Shown here in pieces: positions 1-10,643 of a DNA stretch of 64,000 nt (within the stretch, counting starts at the first letter, position 1; every line of letters starts with the position of its first letter). The position numbers were made by a program, and so were the translations under genes. A model generated the notes under the pieces. The model was not told the DNA's origin. It saw only the letters and a program-made list of their open reading frames with translations, and ran no database searches. Origin of the DNA: an uncultured delta proteobacterium (lineage in GTDB: Bacteria; Desulfobacterota; Desulfuromonadia; Geobacterales; Pseudopelobacteraceae); contig CAVYYZ010000005.1 in the NCBI GenBank assembly GCA_963772835.1, forward strand, positions 128,001 through 192,000, in the 5' to 3' direction.

Positions 1-275
1 AGATGGCCGGAGAGCAGGCCTCGGCCGGCATTGCTCCTTTTCTGGCATTTATGGCACTACTCTCTGTCAACCTGGGGGTACTCAACCTGCTACCTGTTCC
101 GGTACTTGATGGCGGGCACCTACTGTTCTATTTTATGGAGTTGATCTTCCGCCGACCGGTTCCGCAAAAAGTTCGCGAATATGCTCAGCAGATTGGAATG
201 GTACTGCTGTTGGGTTTGATGGTTCTTGCCTTCTATAACGACATTATCAGGTATTTTGTCAATCGTCAGGGGTAG
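1..275 (+). CDS. rseP: RIP metalloprotease RseP, C-terminal part (5' end outside window)
   Basis: NLLPVPVLDGGH (M50 LDG motif) and C-terminal YNDI signature. Confidence 0.92.
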   Translation, partial: MAGEQASAGIAPFLAFMALLSVNLGVLNLLPVPVLDGGHLLFYFMELIFRRPVPQKVREYAQQIGMVLLLGLMVLAFYNDIIRYFVNRQG

Positions 276-302
276 GTTTTACTGAAAACGAAAGGAACGA
301 AG

Positions 303-1349
303 ATGTCATCAGAATTGCGAGAGACTGTTATAACGCCATATGATACCCGTTATCTCTTCGTCCTGCCATTTTCCACAGATCCGGTTATTGCCCGTCGGTT
401 CCTTGCCCGTGACAGTAATATTGTCGGAAATATCCGCTTTGGCAAGATACTTGAGACTCTTGACAAGGTAGCCGAAAATACGGCTCTGGCGTACGTCCAC
501 CGCTTTTATCCCGAAGCACGGGTAGTCACGGCGGCCGTTGACAGCATAGTTCTGAGAAATCCCGCCGATACCAAACACGATCTTGTGTTCTCGGCTCAGA
601 TCAACCACGTTGGCAAGTCTTCTATGGAGGTTGGCATCCGCATCGAATGCCTCGGGGAGGGCTCCAGCCATCTTGCGAGCTGCTATTTCACTATGGTGGC
701 TCGCTCAACCGACTGCGGTGAAGCAAAAAGCCTTACATTGCCCCCACTACAGTATCTGGAGGAAATCAGCAAAAAGCGCTATCAAAAAGCCGAGCTGCGG
801 CGGCGAACATATAGGGACGGACTTGCGAAAGCTGAAGAGATGCCGTCACTCGATGAATATCTGTTTCTCAAAAAATTGCATAAAAAGCAGGAATCCTCTG
901 ATTTTACCGGAGTATATGCAGGCAGCCTGGTTCTTGAATCCACTGTCAGGGCATATCCTGAACAGGAGAATGTCCCCACGACCATTTTTGGTGGCTACCT
1001 TATAAGGAAGGCGTATGAATTATCGGCTCTTGCGGCTGAAATGGTTGCGCCTGACAGACCGGTGCCATGTCAGGTGAACCGGATCAACTTCGATCAGCCG
1101 GTGTTACTGGGTGATCAACTGAAATTTACCGCCAGAGTCGTCTATACCGGCAAAACAACCATTACCGTTCAAACCGACATAGAGCGTTTCAACCGCTCAA
1201 ACAGGAACAAGTCGCTTTCAAACTCCTGTCTGTTTACGTTCCGTAACGTAGCCAGTGATATGAGTCCACAACCGGTGCCATTCATCTACCCGGTAACGTA
1301 TGCCGAGGATGCACGTTTTCTGAACGCCTACCGCCAACGGCTCGATTGA
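303..1349 (+). CDS. Double hotdog-fold acyl-CoA thioesterase
   Basis: Two hotdog repeats (GNIRFGKILETLD...VVTAAVD and TIFGGYLIRKAYE); RBS AAGGA upstream. Confidence 0.85.
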   Translation: MSSELRETVITPYDTRYLFVLPFSTDPVIARRFLARDSNIVGNIRFGKILETLDKVAENTALAYVHRFYPEARVVTAAVDSIVLRNPADTKHDLVFSAQINHVGKSSMEVGIRIECLGEGSSHLASCYFTMVARSTDCGEAKSLTLPPLQYLEEISKKRYQKAELRRRTYRDGLAKAEEMPSLDEYLFLKKLHKKQESSDFTGVYAGSLVLESTVRAYPEQENVPTTIFGGYLIRKAYELSALAAEMVAPDRPVPCQVNRINFDQPVLLGDQLKFTARVVYTGKTTITVQTDIERFNRSNRNKSLSNSCLFTFRNVASDMSPQPVPFIYPVTYAEDARFLNAYRQRLD

Positions 1350-1573
1350 TTCAGGAACCGGCGTAATCAGAACAAAGCCGCGAAGAGCATGGTTTTTAAA
1401 CAGTCACCATGAATTAGTACGCATGATTCTTCCGTTTACTTTTCAACATCTGCAATCTTCGTGTTTTATCCAAATGCGCGGTTTCCGGCAGCGTATTGGC
1501 CGTGAATACTATTTTCCGGCTGAATCAGGAACAAATTCTTCCAACTCATACCGTTATCCGGAGGAGTCAATCG

Positions 1574-2293
1574 ATGAATATCCTCGCCATAGACACTTCC
1601 ACATCCCTCGCCAGCATCGCCATCACTGTTGATGAGCAGATCGTTGCCGAGTCACTGGTTAACACCAACCGTACCCTTTCTGCGCGTCTCGTGCCCGAGA
1701 TCGAGCGCCTTCTCACGACGGCGGGCCTGGATTTTACAGATATCGATCTCTTTGCCTCGACGGTCGGGCCAGGTTCATTTACCGGCGTACGCGGCGGTGT
1801 GGCAACGATTCAAGGATTGTCACTGGCAGTCGGCAAGCCATGCACCGGTTTTTCTTCACTTGCCATGCTGTCCATGAATTTTACTTTCTCGACCGCGTTG
1901 GTCTGTCCGATGCTGGATGCGCGCAAGGGTGAAGTGTATGCCGCACTCTATGACTGTACGTCCCCCCTCCCCTCCCCGCGCATTGCCGATTGCGTACTTA
2001 ACCCCGCATCATTTCTCGAAAAGATTACCGCTCTGACCGGACAGCCTGTCATTTTCGCAGGAGAGGGCGCGCTGCGCTATCACGAACTCATCGCCGATCT
2101 AATGGGCAGCCAGGCCCACTTCGCCCCGTTCCAACTCAATTGTCCCCATGCTGCCAACGGAGCCCTGCTGGCATTGCATAACTTCCAAAACGGCACATTA
2201 CTGGAACCGAGTCAGCTTCTTCCGGTCTACCTGCGTGCCTCTGATGCAGAAATTAACCACGCATTAAAAAAGTCAATCGCGCACATATTTTAA
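1574..2293 (+). CDS. tsaB: tRNA threonylcarbamoyladenosine biosynthesis protein TsaB
   Basis: MNILAIDTST, GPGSFTGVR, DARKGEVY, PVYLR; ATG 1574 follows GGAGGAG, so the ORF-track start 1496 is too long. Confidence 0.95.
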   Translation: MNILAIDTSTSLASIAITVDEQIVAESLVNTNRTLSARLVPEIERLLTTAGLDFTDIDLFASTVGPGSFTGVRGGVATIQGLSLAVGKPCTGFSSLAMLSMNFTFSTALVCPMLDARKGEVYAALYDCTSPLPSPRIADCVLNPASFLEKITALTGQPVIFAGEGALRYHELIADLMGSQAHFAPFQLNCPHAANGALLALHNFQNGTLLEPSQLLPVYLRASDAEINHALKKSIAHIF

Positions 2294-2469
2294 AGTGCAA
2301 AGGACTACTCCTCCAGGACACCCTTTCACAGTCAACATATTACGGCGGCACTCATTTTTTTTGCCAAGAGTGCAATGACCCAACGCGGGAGTTTTTCTGT
2401 TTACGTACAAAAGACATGTCAGGTAATAATAGCAGCACTTGAGCCCTGCATCTGAAAAGGAGCCCGCCC

Positions 2470-3948
2470 ATGAAGTCACTTGCATCTGTTCTTTCAGCAT
2501 TATATCTGTTCTTAGCCGTTGCCGGTGTGTCACTCGCAGAACCGTTCAAAACTCACGTGTCAGAGTTCAATGTCACCGGCGTTCCCAATGGCGAAGTGCT
2601 CAAGCTGACTCTGCAGGGGATCCTGACTTCGCGCCTTAACCCTGAACTGGTTAAACTCGTTGAGAAACCTGATCAGGCAGAGCTTTTGATTATCGGCAGT
2701 TATGCACAGTTCGGAAAAATGTTCAGCCTGGATGTTCTCATCAAAAACAGATGGAACGACAGTTTAGTCAAAGATTTTGAGCAGGGCGAAGGACAGGAGG
2801 ACGTTATCCCGGCAATAGTACGACTGGCGAAAAAGATCGACACTGAACTGGTGAAGAACCCGGCTTTCACGATGCCGGCAGTGCCGAACCCGGTTCTAAA
2901 ACCATCCGCCCCGAACGTTTCTCCGGAGATCGTGAAGGATACTTATATAGTAAGCAGTGATTCTTCGACAAAAAAAACACCCGGCAGTTGGTCAAGCACT
3001 CCACTGGACGGAGTATTCCACAGTATCGCGATGGGCCGAACTCTTACTTCCGGAGAAAGAGAACTGTTCGTTGCCGGGGACCATACTGTCCGCGCATATC
3101 TGAAAGGGAGCGACCTGAGACTGTGTGCAGAAATCATCATACCTGCTCCGGCAAAAATTCTTGCCATTGACACTGCCGACCTTGACAGAGACGGTGTGCC
3201 GGAACTGTACGTCACCATCGTAGACAGAGAGTTCCCCAGTTCGCGGGTGTATCAATTTGATGGGACAGCGTTTGCGATGATCGCAGAGAAACTGCCATGG
3301 CTTTTTCGCGGTATCGGCCATGACGCTAAATCCAGAACTATCTACGCCCAGGAGATGGAAAGGGGCGGTAAATATTATGGGGATGTCAAAGAGTTGTCCA
3401 AGGCAGCCGCCAGCTTTACTGCGACTAAGTCTCAAAAGCTCCCCCGCTCAGGGAACTTATTCAACTTCGCCCGCCTCAGCGAAATGTCGGGTAATGGTAA
3501 TTACGTCGTGCTGAATGAGGACGGTTATCTTGTCATCTACTCATCTGAAGGTACTGAAGTATGGAAGAGCAGTGAGAAATACGGGGGATCGGAAAGTTAT
3601 TTTAATACTGAAACACAGAGTCATGCGCGGTCCGGACGCGACCTTCATAGGTGGACTTTTCTAGAACAGAGAATTTCAATTCTAAAGGACGGGACAATTT
3701 TAGTTCCCCGCAATGATGGTACCTTCAATTTTGGGAACAGCAGGTCTTACGACAAGTACGCCCTGTACTCTTTCGAATGGACAGGTGCAGTACTGAAGGA
3801 AAAATGGCATACCACTCAGTCACCGGGGTATTTAGCCGATTATTCTATTGATCAGGTATCCGGGGAAGTTCTCCTTCTGGAAGTAGTTCAGAAGGAGGGG
3901 CTTTTTGCCAAAGGGAAGACTGTTATCTCCATAAACAGAATAGAATGA
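2470..3948 (+). CDS. Exported FG-GAP/VCBS-repeat protein
   Basis: Signal peptide, ADLDRDGVPELYV FG-GAP-type loop, beta-rich C-terminal part; RBS AAGGAG. Confidence 0.7.
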   Translation: MKSLASVLSALYLFLAVAGVSLAEPFKTHVSEFNVTGVPNGEVLKLTLQGILTSRLNPELVKLVEKPDQAELLIIGSYAQFGKMFSLDVLIKNRWNDSLVKDFEQGEGQEDVIPAIVRLAKKIDTELVKNPAFTMPAVPNPVLKPSAPNVSPEIVKDTYIVSSDSSTKKTPGSWSSTPLDGVFHSIAMGRTLTSGERELFVAGDHTVRAYLKGSDLRLCAEIIIPAPAKILAIDTADLDRDGVPELYVTIVDREFPSSRVYQFDGTAFAMIAEKLPWLFRGIGHDAKSRTIYAQEMERGGKYYGDVKELSKAAASFTATKSQKLPRSGNLFNFARLSEMSGNGNYVVLNEDGYLVIYSSEGTEVWKSSEKYGGSESYFNTETQSHARSGRDLHRWTFLEQRISILKDGTILVPRNDGTFNFGNSRSYDKYALYSFEWTGAVLKEKWHTTQSPGYLADYSIDQVSGEVLLLEVVQKEGLFAKGKTVISINRIE

Positions 3949-4031
3949 CAAGCTCGCATGGACGCACGATACGCATAACGTCAACTCATTTCAAGGACAG
4001 TGGCTCACTCCACTGATCCGCAGGGCAACAA

Positions 4032-4220
4032 TCAACACAATCTCTGCTGGGTAGCCGACACAGAACTGAGAACAGATGGAATCCGGTGTACACATTCTGG
4101 CTGTTGCTGTGTATTCCTGGACACACTGTCTGCAATATATGACCGCCACATACCTGCATGATGCCACAGACAGCGGCGATGCAAAAAACAAAATGATCCA
4201 TCCCGGATATCTACTTTCAA
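4032..4220 (-). CDS. Possible small hypothetical protein (62 aa, TTG start)
   Basis: Strong SD GGGAGGT 8 nt upstream of TTG on the minus strand; no recognisable family. Confidence 0.25.
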   Translation of the reverse strand: MKVDIRDGSFCFLHRRCLWHHAGMWRSYIADSVSRNTQQQPECVHRIPSVLSSVSATQQRLC

Positions 4221-4224
4221 CGTA

Positions 4225-5097
4225 GTGTACCTCCCTCTCGTTGAGCAGCGCACCGAAGAGCTGGCACAGCAGGTAACCGAGAAAGAAAAGGCCCTTGGGG
4301 AGTTGCGACTCCAACAGGACAAACTGGTTCAGGCCGACAAAATGACATCCATCGGCATTCTGGTTTCCGGGGTTGCCCACGAAATAAATAATCCCAACGG
4401 CTTGATACTGTTGAATGTGCCGACACTGAAGGAAGCAAGTGCCGACGCTGAAAAAATTCTTGAAAAACACTTTCATGAGTACGGAGACTTTATCTATGGA
4501 GGACTCCCCTATTCCCGGATGCGGGATAATATTCCACGACTGTTCACAGAAATGCAGGAGGGAGCGAAACGCATCAAGCGAATAGTTGATGATCTGAAGG
4601 ATTTCGCACGACGAGACACATGTGCCGCAATGGAACGAATCGACTTCAACTCAGTCGCCCAGGCAGCGGTGAGGCTGGTTGAACCGACACTCCGTGAGAC
4701 AACGGGACATTTTACGGCGGAATATGGCGAAAATCTGCCAGACGTTCACGGAAACAGGCAACGGGTTGAACAGGTCATAGTTAATCTGCTGCTCAATGCG
4801 TGTCAGGCACTTCCGGATAACCAACGAAAAATAAATCTTGAAACCGGATACGATCAGTCAACCTGCTCCGTTATCTTGACGATTTCAGACGAAGGAATTG
4901 GTATCTCACCTGAAGTCAGGCCCTTTATTACCGATTCTTTTTTCACCACGAAACGTGATTCCGGAGGCACCGGCCTCGGACTCTCCGTATCAGCCGGCAT
5001 CGTCAAGGAGCATGATGGTTCACTCGAATTTGAATCTGCATCCGGCACAGGGACCATCGTCACTCTGAAGCTTCCGGCAAAACAGAAGGAGCGTTAA
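4225..5097 (+). pseudogene. Sensor histidine kinase lacking its N-terminal sensor/TM region (HisKA + HATPase only)
   Basis: H-box VAHEINNP, N-box NLLLNA, G-boxes DEGIGI and GTGLGL; sequence begins at the post-TM coiled coil VEQRTEEL with no RBS; in-frame stop at 4159. Confidence 0.7.
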
Positions 5098-6522
5098 ATG
5101 AATGAGACTCCGTACCCCCCATTCGGCGTTCTGCTGGTAGACGATGAGCCGGCATGGCTGCTTGCCCTCTCGATCACCCTGGAACGCTGTGCCGGCATCA
5201 CCAACATTACAACCTGCGAGGACAGCCGAGATGTAATGGGTATTCTGGGCGCACGTGATGTGGGAATTGTCCTGCTTGATCTCACCATGCCCGGATTGTC
5301 AGGCGAAGATCTACTGGCCAGAATCACTGAGGAGCATCCCGGAGTAATCGTAATTGTTATCAGTGGCATGAATCAGCTTGAGACAGCAGTCAGCTGCATG
5401 CGTGCCGGAGCATTCGATTATTTTGTCAAAACCTCTGAAGAAGACCGGATCGTAAGCGGCGTGCTGCGTGCCGTCAGGATGTTTGAACTGCAGCAGGAAA
5501 ACAGGGAAATGTCCATGCGGCTTCTCTCAGGCACCCTGCAGCACCCAAGAGCCTTTGATGATATTATTACCGCCGATCATGCGATGCATGCCATATTTTC
5601 GTATATCGAGGCAGTGGCAAAAAGCACCGAACCGCTCCTCATCAGCGGAGAAAGCGGCGTTGGCAAGGAGTTCATCGCGAAGGCCGCCCACAACCTCAGC
5701 AATTGCCGGGGGCCACTCGTGGCGGTAAACGTTGCCGGGCTCGATGACACGGTATTTGCAGACACGCTCTTCGGTCACGTTCGCGGGGCTTTTACCGGAG
5801 CTGATCAGACACGACGCGGGATGATTGAAGAAGCAACCGACGGGACGCTCTTTCTCGATGAAATCGGAGATCTTTCGATCGCATCCCAGGTAAAGCTGCT
5901 TCGTCTTCTTCAGGAGGGGGAATACTTTCCGCTCGGCAGCGATCGCCCGAAGCGACTCAAGGCGCGGGTGATTTTCGCCACCCACCAGGATCTGGCGGTA
6001 AAACAGGGGACCGGCGCATTCCGGCGTGACCTGTATTACCGGCTCTGTACGCACCATGTTCAGGTCCCTTCCCTCCGGGATCGAAAAGGGGATCTACCGC
6101 TGCTGCTCGATCATTTTCTGAGCGAGGCGGCGCGCGCCCTCGACAAAAAGAAACCGACACCACCGAAGGAGTTGGTACAGTTACTTGCTACATACGACTT
6201 TCCCGGCAACATTCGTGAATTGAAAGCGATGGTATTCAACGCAGTCAGTATTCACACGGAGCGAATTCTTTCCATGGACTCGTTTGTCAGAATCATCGGT
6301 CGTTCAGGGGAGAATTCTGCCCCGTCGGCAACCTCCTTCGACCGCTCTGTTCTTGCCGGGCTCACGCATCTCCCCACTTTTGGCGAAGCCGCAGAAATTC
6401 TGGTTGATGAGGCATTGGCCCGGGCCAACGGCAACCAGACTATCGCCGCCCGTCTTCTAGGCATCACCCAGTCGGCATTAAGTAAGCGCCTCAAATTGGG
6501 ACGGCAGCCCGATATGGTGTGA
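5098..6522 (+). CDS. Sigma-54-dependent response regulator (NtrC family)
   Basis: REC (LLVDDE, LLDLTMP), Walker A GESGVGKE, GAFTGA, FLDEIG, Fis-type HTH. Confidence 0.95.
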   Translation: MNETPYPPFGVLLVDDEPAWLLALSITLERCAGITNITTCEDSRDVMGILGARDVGIVLLDLTMPGLSGEDLLARITEEHPGVIVIVISGMNQLETAVSCMRAGAFDYFVKTSEEDRIVSGVLRAVRMFELQQENREMSMRLLSGTLQHPRAFDDIITADHAMHAIFSYIEAVAKSTEPLLISGESGVGKEFIAKAAHNLSNCRGPLVAVNVAGLDDTVFADTLFGHVRGAFTGADQTRRGMIEEATDGTLFLDEIGDLSIASQVKLLRLLQEGEYFPLGSDRPKRLKARVIFATHQDLAVKQGTGAFRRDLYYRLCTHHVQVPSLRDRKGDLPLLLDHFLSEAARALDKKKPTPPKELVQLLATYDFPGNIRELKAMVFNAVSIHTERILSMDSFVRIIGRSGENSAPSATSFDRSVLAGLTHLPTFGEAAEILVDEALARANGNQTIAARLLGITQSALSKRLKLGRQPDMV

Positions 6523-7219
6523 ATGACGACGCCAGAACATTTAACGAGTATCTGACCGCCCGTGCTGCTGCGACGCTTGCCTACCAGATGGCCGGTGTCG
6601 CCATCGGTTGGCAGATGTACGATCTGACTGGAAGCCCTCTCGCCCTCGGCCTGGTCGGGCTCGTTCAGTTTGTCCCTTCGTTGGTTCTGGCGCTTTATGT
6701 CGGCCATGCTGCAGACCGATATGACCGTCGTTCAATACTGGCAATCGCCCAGATTCTGGGGGGCTCGGAGTTTTACGATCCGCTCCGGCAGTCGGAGCGT
6801 TGTCAGCGTCACTCTATCTGGCCCGAAAACCGTTACAACGCAGAGTCGGTAAAATCATGTTCGCAGCCGTCGCCGGATTCGGTCTGGCAACAGCCGTCTT
6901 TGCCCTTTCGACCTCAATTGTACTGTCATGCCTCGCTCTGGCGATACTCGGGTGGGCCGACATGATAAGCGTAGTTATCAGGGCTTCGCTGGTACAACTG
7001 GAAACCCCGGATGAAATGCGGGGGAGAGTCAGCGCCGTTAATGCCGTATTTATCGGCACCTCCAACGAATTTGGAGAGTTTGAATCCGGGGTGACGGCCG
7101 CCTGGCTCGGGGTGGTGCCGGCAGCACTGCTGGGCGGCGTCGGCACGCTGGCGGTTGCTGTTCTCTGGATCTATCTCTTTCCGCAACTTGTTCAGCGTAA
7201 ATCGCTGCATGCCAGCTGA
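6519..7219 (+). pseudogene. MFS transporter with internal deletion and frameshift
   Basis: N-terminal part (GHAADRYDRR, motif A) is joined at ~6757 to a C-terminal part in another frame (GLGVLRSAPAVGAL...PDEMRGRV); ~230 codons total versus ~400 typical. Confidence 0.85.
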
Positions 7220-7431
7220 TAAACCGGATATAATTTTGCCGTAACTGACGTATACCAGTACCTGAAAATATCGGGCATGCGTTATGATTACCCGGCGACT
7301 TTCAGGCGACTCTTGACACACCAGTCTTACGTGGGAAACGCTCCTGAGCCCATGCGCTTTCCTTCAACGTGCATGATACTGCGCACATCCTGATAATATG
7401 GACACATCAACGCGGACCGAAAAAGCGGGCA

Positions 7432-7459
7432 TTGCGCAATAATTCTTCCCTGTTATACT
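7432..7459 (+). promoter_or_regulatory. Candidate sigma-70 promoter for sucCD
   Basis: TTGCGC-N16-TATACT with extended -10 TGn, overlapping the palindrome ATTGCGCAAT. Confidence 0.4.
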
Positions 7460-7488
7460 TCATTTTATTACCTTCTGGAGCCATCACC

Positions 7489-8661
7489 ATGAACATTCAT
7501 GAGTATCAGGCCAAGGAAATCCTCAGCAGCTACGGCATCCCGATTCCCCGGGGACTTGTTGCACTCACCTCAGACCAGGTTGAACGTGCCGCAAAAATGC
7601 TGGGCGGTCGCTGCATCGTCAAGGCTCAGATTTATGCCGGCGGCCGCGGCAAGGCCGGCGGCATCAGGCTTGTTAACCATCCTGAGGAGGCACATGAATA
7701 CGGCAAGGAGCTGTTCGGGAGGGCACTGGTTACAAAGCAGACCGGCCCTCGCGGATTGAAGGTGCGCCGTATTCTGGTTGAAGAAGCGGTTGAAATAGCC
7801 CGGGAGCTCTATCTCGCAATCACGCTCGACCGTGAAAGTTCCCGCTATATACTGATTGCCTCGACCGAAGGCGGCATGGAGATCGAGCAGGTTGCCTGCA
7901 AGAGCCCGAACAGGATCATTACTCTCATTATCGACCCGTTCACCGGCCTGCGGCCCTATCAGGCCCGCACGGTGGCTCTGGCGCTAGAACTCTCCGGTTC
8001 GGTCTGTGAGGATTGCGTTGAACTGATCCTCAACCTTTACCGCGCCTGCCTGGAGAAAGACTGTTCCCTTGTTGAAATAAATCCGCTGGTGGTGACAAAA
8101 TCCGGCTGGCTTATGGCCATGGACGCAAAAATCACCTTTGATGACAATGCCGTGTATCGTCATCGCGAATATCCAGACATGGTGGACTACTCACAGCTTG
8201 ATCCGCTGGAGATAAATGCGGCCAAATACGATCTGACCTATATCAAACTATCCGGCAACATAGGCTGCCTGGTTAACGGAGCCGGACTTGCCATGGCTAC
8301 CCTGGATGTTCTCAATGAATGCGGCGGCGAGCCGGCCAACTTTCTTGATGTCGGGGGTGGAGCTACCCGCGAGAAGGTGGCAGAAGCGTTCAGGATCATT
8401 CTGCAGGATTGTGATGTCAAGGGTATTTTTGTCAACATCTTCGGCGGCATCATGCGTTGTGATGTCATCGCACAGGGGATTATCGAGGCGGCCGGCGCAG
8501 TCAGTTGTACTCTACCGATTGTCGTCCGTATGGACGGGAGTCAGGTTGAGGAAGGCAGGAAACTGCTCCGGGAATCCGGTCTCAATGTCCAGATCGGCGC
8601 GTCGCTGGGAGATGGCGCCGCCAGAATTATATTGATGCTTGGGCCGGGGGGCAATTCATAA
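7489..8661 (+). CDS. sucC: Succinyl-CoA synthetase beta subunit
   Basis: [46 protein letters not shown]. Confidence 0.96.
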   Translation: MNIHEYQAKEILSSYGIPIPRGLVALTSDQVERAAKMLGGRCIVKAQIYAGGRGKAGGIRLVNHPEEAHEYGKELFGRALVTKQTGPRGLKVRRILVEEAVEIARELYLAITLDRESSRYILIASTEGGMEIEQVACKSPNRIITLIIDPFTGLRPYQARTVALALELSGSVCEDCVELILNLYRACLEKDCSLVEINPLVVTKSGWLMAMDAKITFDDNAVYRHREYPDMVDYSQLDPLEINAAKYDLTYIKLSGNIGCLVNGAGLAMATLDVLNECGGEPANFLDVGGGATREKVAEAFRIILQDCDVKGIFVNIFGGIMRCDVIAQGIIEAAGAVSCTLPIVVRMDGSQVEEGRKLLRESGLNVQIGASLGDGAARIILMLGPGGNS

Positions 8662-9539
8662 TGTCTATACTTGTCGATAAAAACTCCAGGATTGTCGTTC
8701 AGGGGATAACCGGCCGGAGCGGCCTGTTTCACACCAGACAGTGCCGTGAGTACGGAACCGCCATCGTGGCCGGCGTAACCCCCGGCAAGGGTGGCATCCA
8801 AATCGAAGGAATCCCGGTTTTCAATACCGTTGCCGAGGCGGTCACTTACAGCGGAGCTGATGTGTCGATGATATTCGTGCCGCCTCCAGGGGCGGCCGAC
8901 GCAATTATGGAATCTATCGACGCCGGCATCTACCTGACGGTCTGCATCACCGAGGGAATTCCCATTCGCGACATGGTGCCGGTCAAGGCGTTTCTACAGG
9001 GGAGATCAACCCGGCTGATCGGCCCCAACTGCCCCGGAATAATTACTCCCGGCGAATGCAAAGTTGGAATTATGCCGGGCCAGATCCATACACGGGGAAG
9101 AATCGGAGTCGTTTCGCGCAGCGGGACCCTGACCTACGAAGCGGTTAAACAGCTGACCGATGTCGGGCTCGGTCAATCAACGTGTGTCGGCATCGGGGGC
9201 GATCCGATCATCGGCATGACTTTCATCGACGTCCTGACTCTCTTTAATCAGGATCCGGACACCGAAGGTGTGTTCATAATCGGTGAAATAGGCGGCGGTG
9301 CGGAAGAGGCGGCTGCGGTGTGGATCAAAGAGAGCATGACAAAACCGGTGGCCGCGTATATCGCCGGTGTCACCGCCCCTCCCGGCAGGCGCATGGGGCA
9401 TGCCGGAGCGATCATCACCGGAGGCAAAGGAAAGGCTGAAGACAAGATTCGCATTCTCAAGGAGTGCGGCGTGACAGTCGCTGTCAGTCCGACGAAAATA
9501 GGTGAGACCATGCTGGGGGCGCTGAAAGGGAGGAAATAA
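8661..9539 (+). CDS. sucD: Succinyl-CoA synthetase alpha subunit
   Basis: [27 protein letters not shown] (phospho-His); overlaps sucC stop. Confidence 0.96.
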   Translation: MSILVDKNSRIVVQGITGRSGLFHTRQCREYGTAIVAGVTPGKGGIQIEGIPVFNTVAEAVTYSGADVSMIFVPPPGAADAIMESIDAGIYLTVCITEGIPIRDMVPVKAFLQGRSTRLIGPNCPGIITPGECKVGIMPGQIHTRGRIGVVSRSGTLTYEAVKQLTDVGLGQSTCVGIGGDPIIGMTFIDVLTLFNQDPDTEGVFIIGEIGGGAEEAAAVWIKESMTKPVAAYIAGVTAPPGRRMGHAGAIITGGKGKAEDKIRILKECGVTVAVSPTKIGETMLGALKGRK

Positions 9540-9604
9540 TTTCCCGGGACAACGAAATCTGATATTGTATCAAACGAAGGCACCTCTCACTGAAGGAACG
9601 CCCC

Positions 9605-10603
9605 ATGCCTCCACGCTCTTGCGCGCACCTGCTGCTTCTCACCATCCAACTCTGCCTGTTCCTGCCGTTTCTGTTCTCCTGCCATAAAGAAGGAGTGCAG
9701 CAGGATATAGAGACGACGCATACTCTGCAGAAATATCAGAAAGCACCGGCATCCGTTCCACACCGCGTCACGTTTGAATCAATGAATCCCGACCAATTGA
9801 CCGGTACGCCGGAAGTCATCCATGGATTGCTGTTCATGCCTGCCGAGGCCGCTTCTCGTCGGCTGCCGGCAATTATTGCTCTGCACGGTTGTGGCGGCAT
9901 GTACAGCAGTGCGAAATCAAAACGGGACGAGTTATCGGTTCGCCATCAGGCCATGGCCGACCTGCTGGTCGCCGAAGGGTACGCAGTCCTCTTCCCCGAC
10001 AGCTTTCGTTCGCGCGGTTTTGAAGAGTTGTGCACTGTCGAAAATAGAAAACGCACCGTCACCCAGCAGCACCGGCGCCTGGACGCTCAGGGCGCCCTCG
10101 CCTGGCTGCAGCAGCGGAGCGATATACAACCGGACCGAATAGCAATTCTTGGCTGGTCTCATGGAGGGAGTGCAGTCCTCGCCACCCTCAACGCGAAACA
10201 GCCTGTCGTAACCGACTGGAAAGGTCGCGAGCCGGCTACGCCCTATTTTCGAGCCGGAGTCGCCTTTTATCCAGGGTGCAGTGAGTCACTTAAGGTGACT
10301 GGGGGTTATTCACTCTCTGCGCCCCTGACGTTTTTTATCGGCGGCAGCGATGACTGGACGGCTCCGGGACCCTGTATAGAACTGGCGGCACAACTCGCAG
10401 CAGCGGGAGAAGATGCTACTGTCACGGTATACCCTGATACGTACCACGGCTTTGACGGACCGTCGACGCAGCCGCGACTTCGTCTTGAAGTGCCAAACGG
10501 TGTAAAACGCGGTAAAGGCGTGACCGTTGCGGCCAATCCGGAAGCACGCGATGATGCCTACGCAAAATTGAGAACATACCTGCGCAGACATCTTGCCCCG
10601 TAA
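9605..10603 (+). CDS. Dienelactone hydrolase-family alpha/beta hydrolase, probable lipoprotein
   Basis: LHGCGG, GWSHGG nucleophile elbow, DDWT, YHGFD; lipobox-like LFSC. Confidence 0.85.
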   Translation: MPPRSCAHLLLLTIQLCLFLPFLFSCHKEGVQQDIETTHTLQKYQKAPASVPHRVTFESMNPDQLTGTPEVIHGLLFMPAEAASRRLPAIIALHGCGGMYSSAKSKRDELSVRHQAMADLLVAEGYAVLFPDSFRSRGFEELCTVENRKRTVTQQHRRLDAQGALAWLQQRSDIQPDRIAILGWSHGGSAVLATLNAKQPVVTDWKGREPATPYFRAGVAFYPGCSESLKVTGGYSLSAPLTFFIGGSDDWTAPGPCIELAAQLAAAGEDATVTVYPDTYHGFDGPSTQPRLRLEVPNGVKRGKGVTVAANPEARDDAYAKLRTYLRRHLAP

Positions 10604-10643
10604 GTGGCCGCTGATGATACGTATGTACCTGGAGATGCACGTT

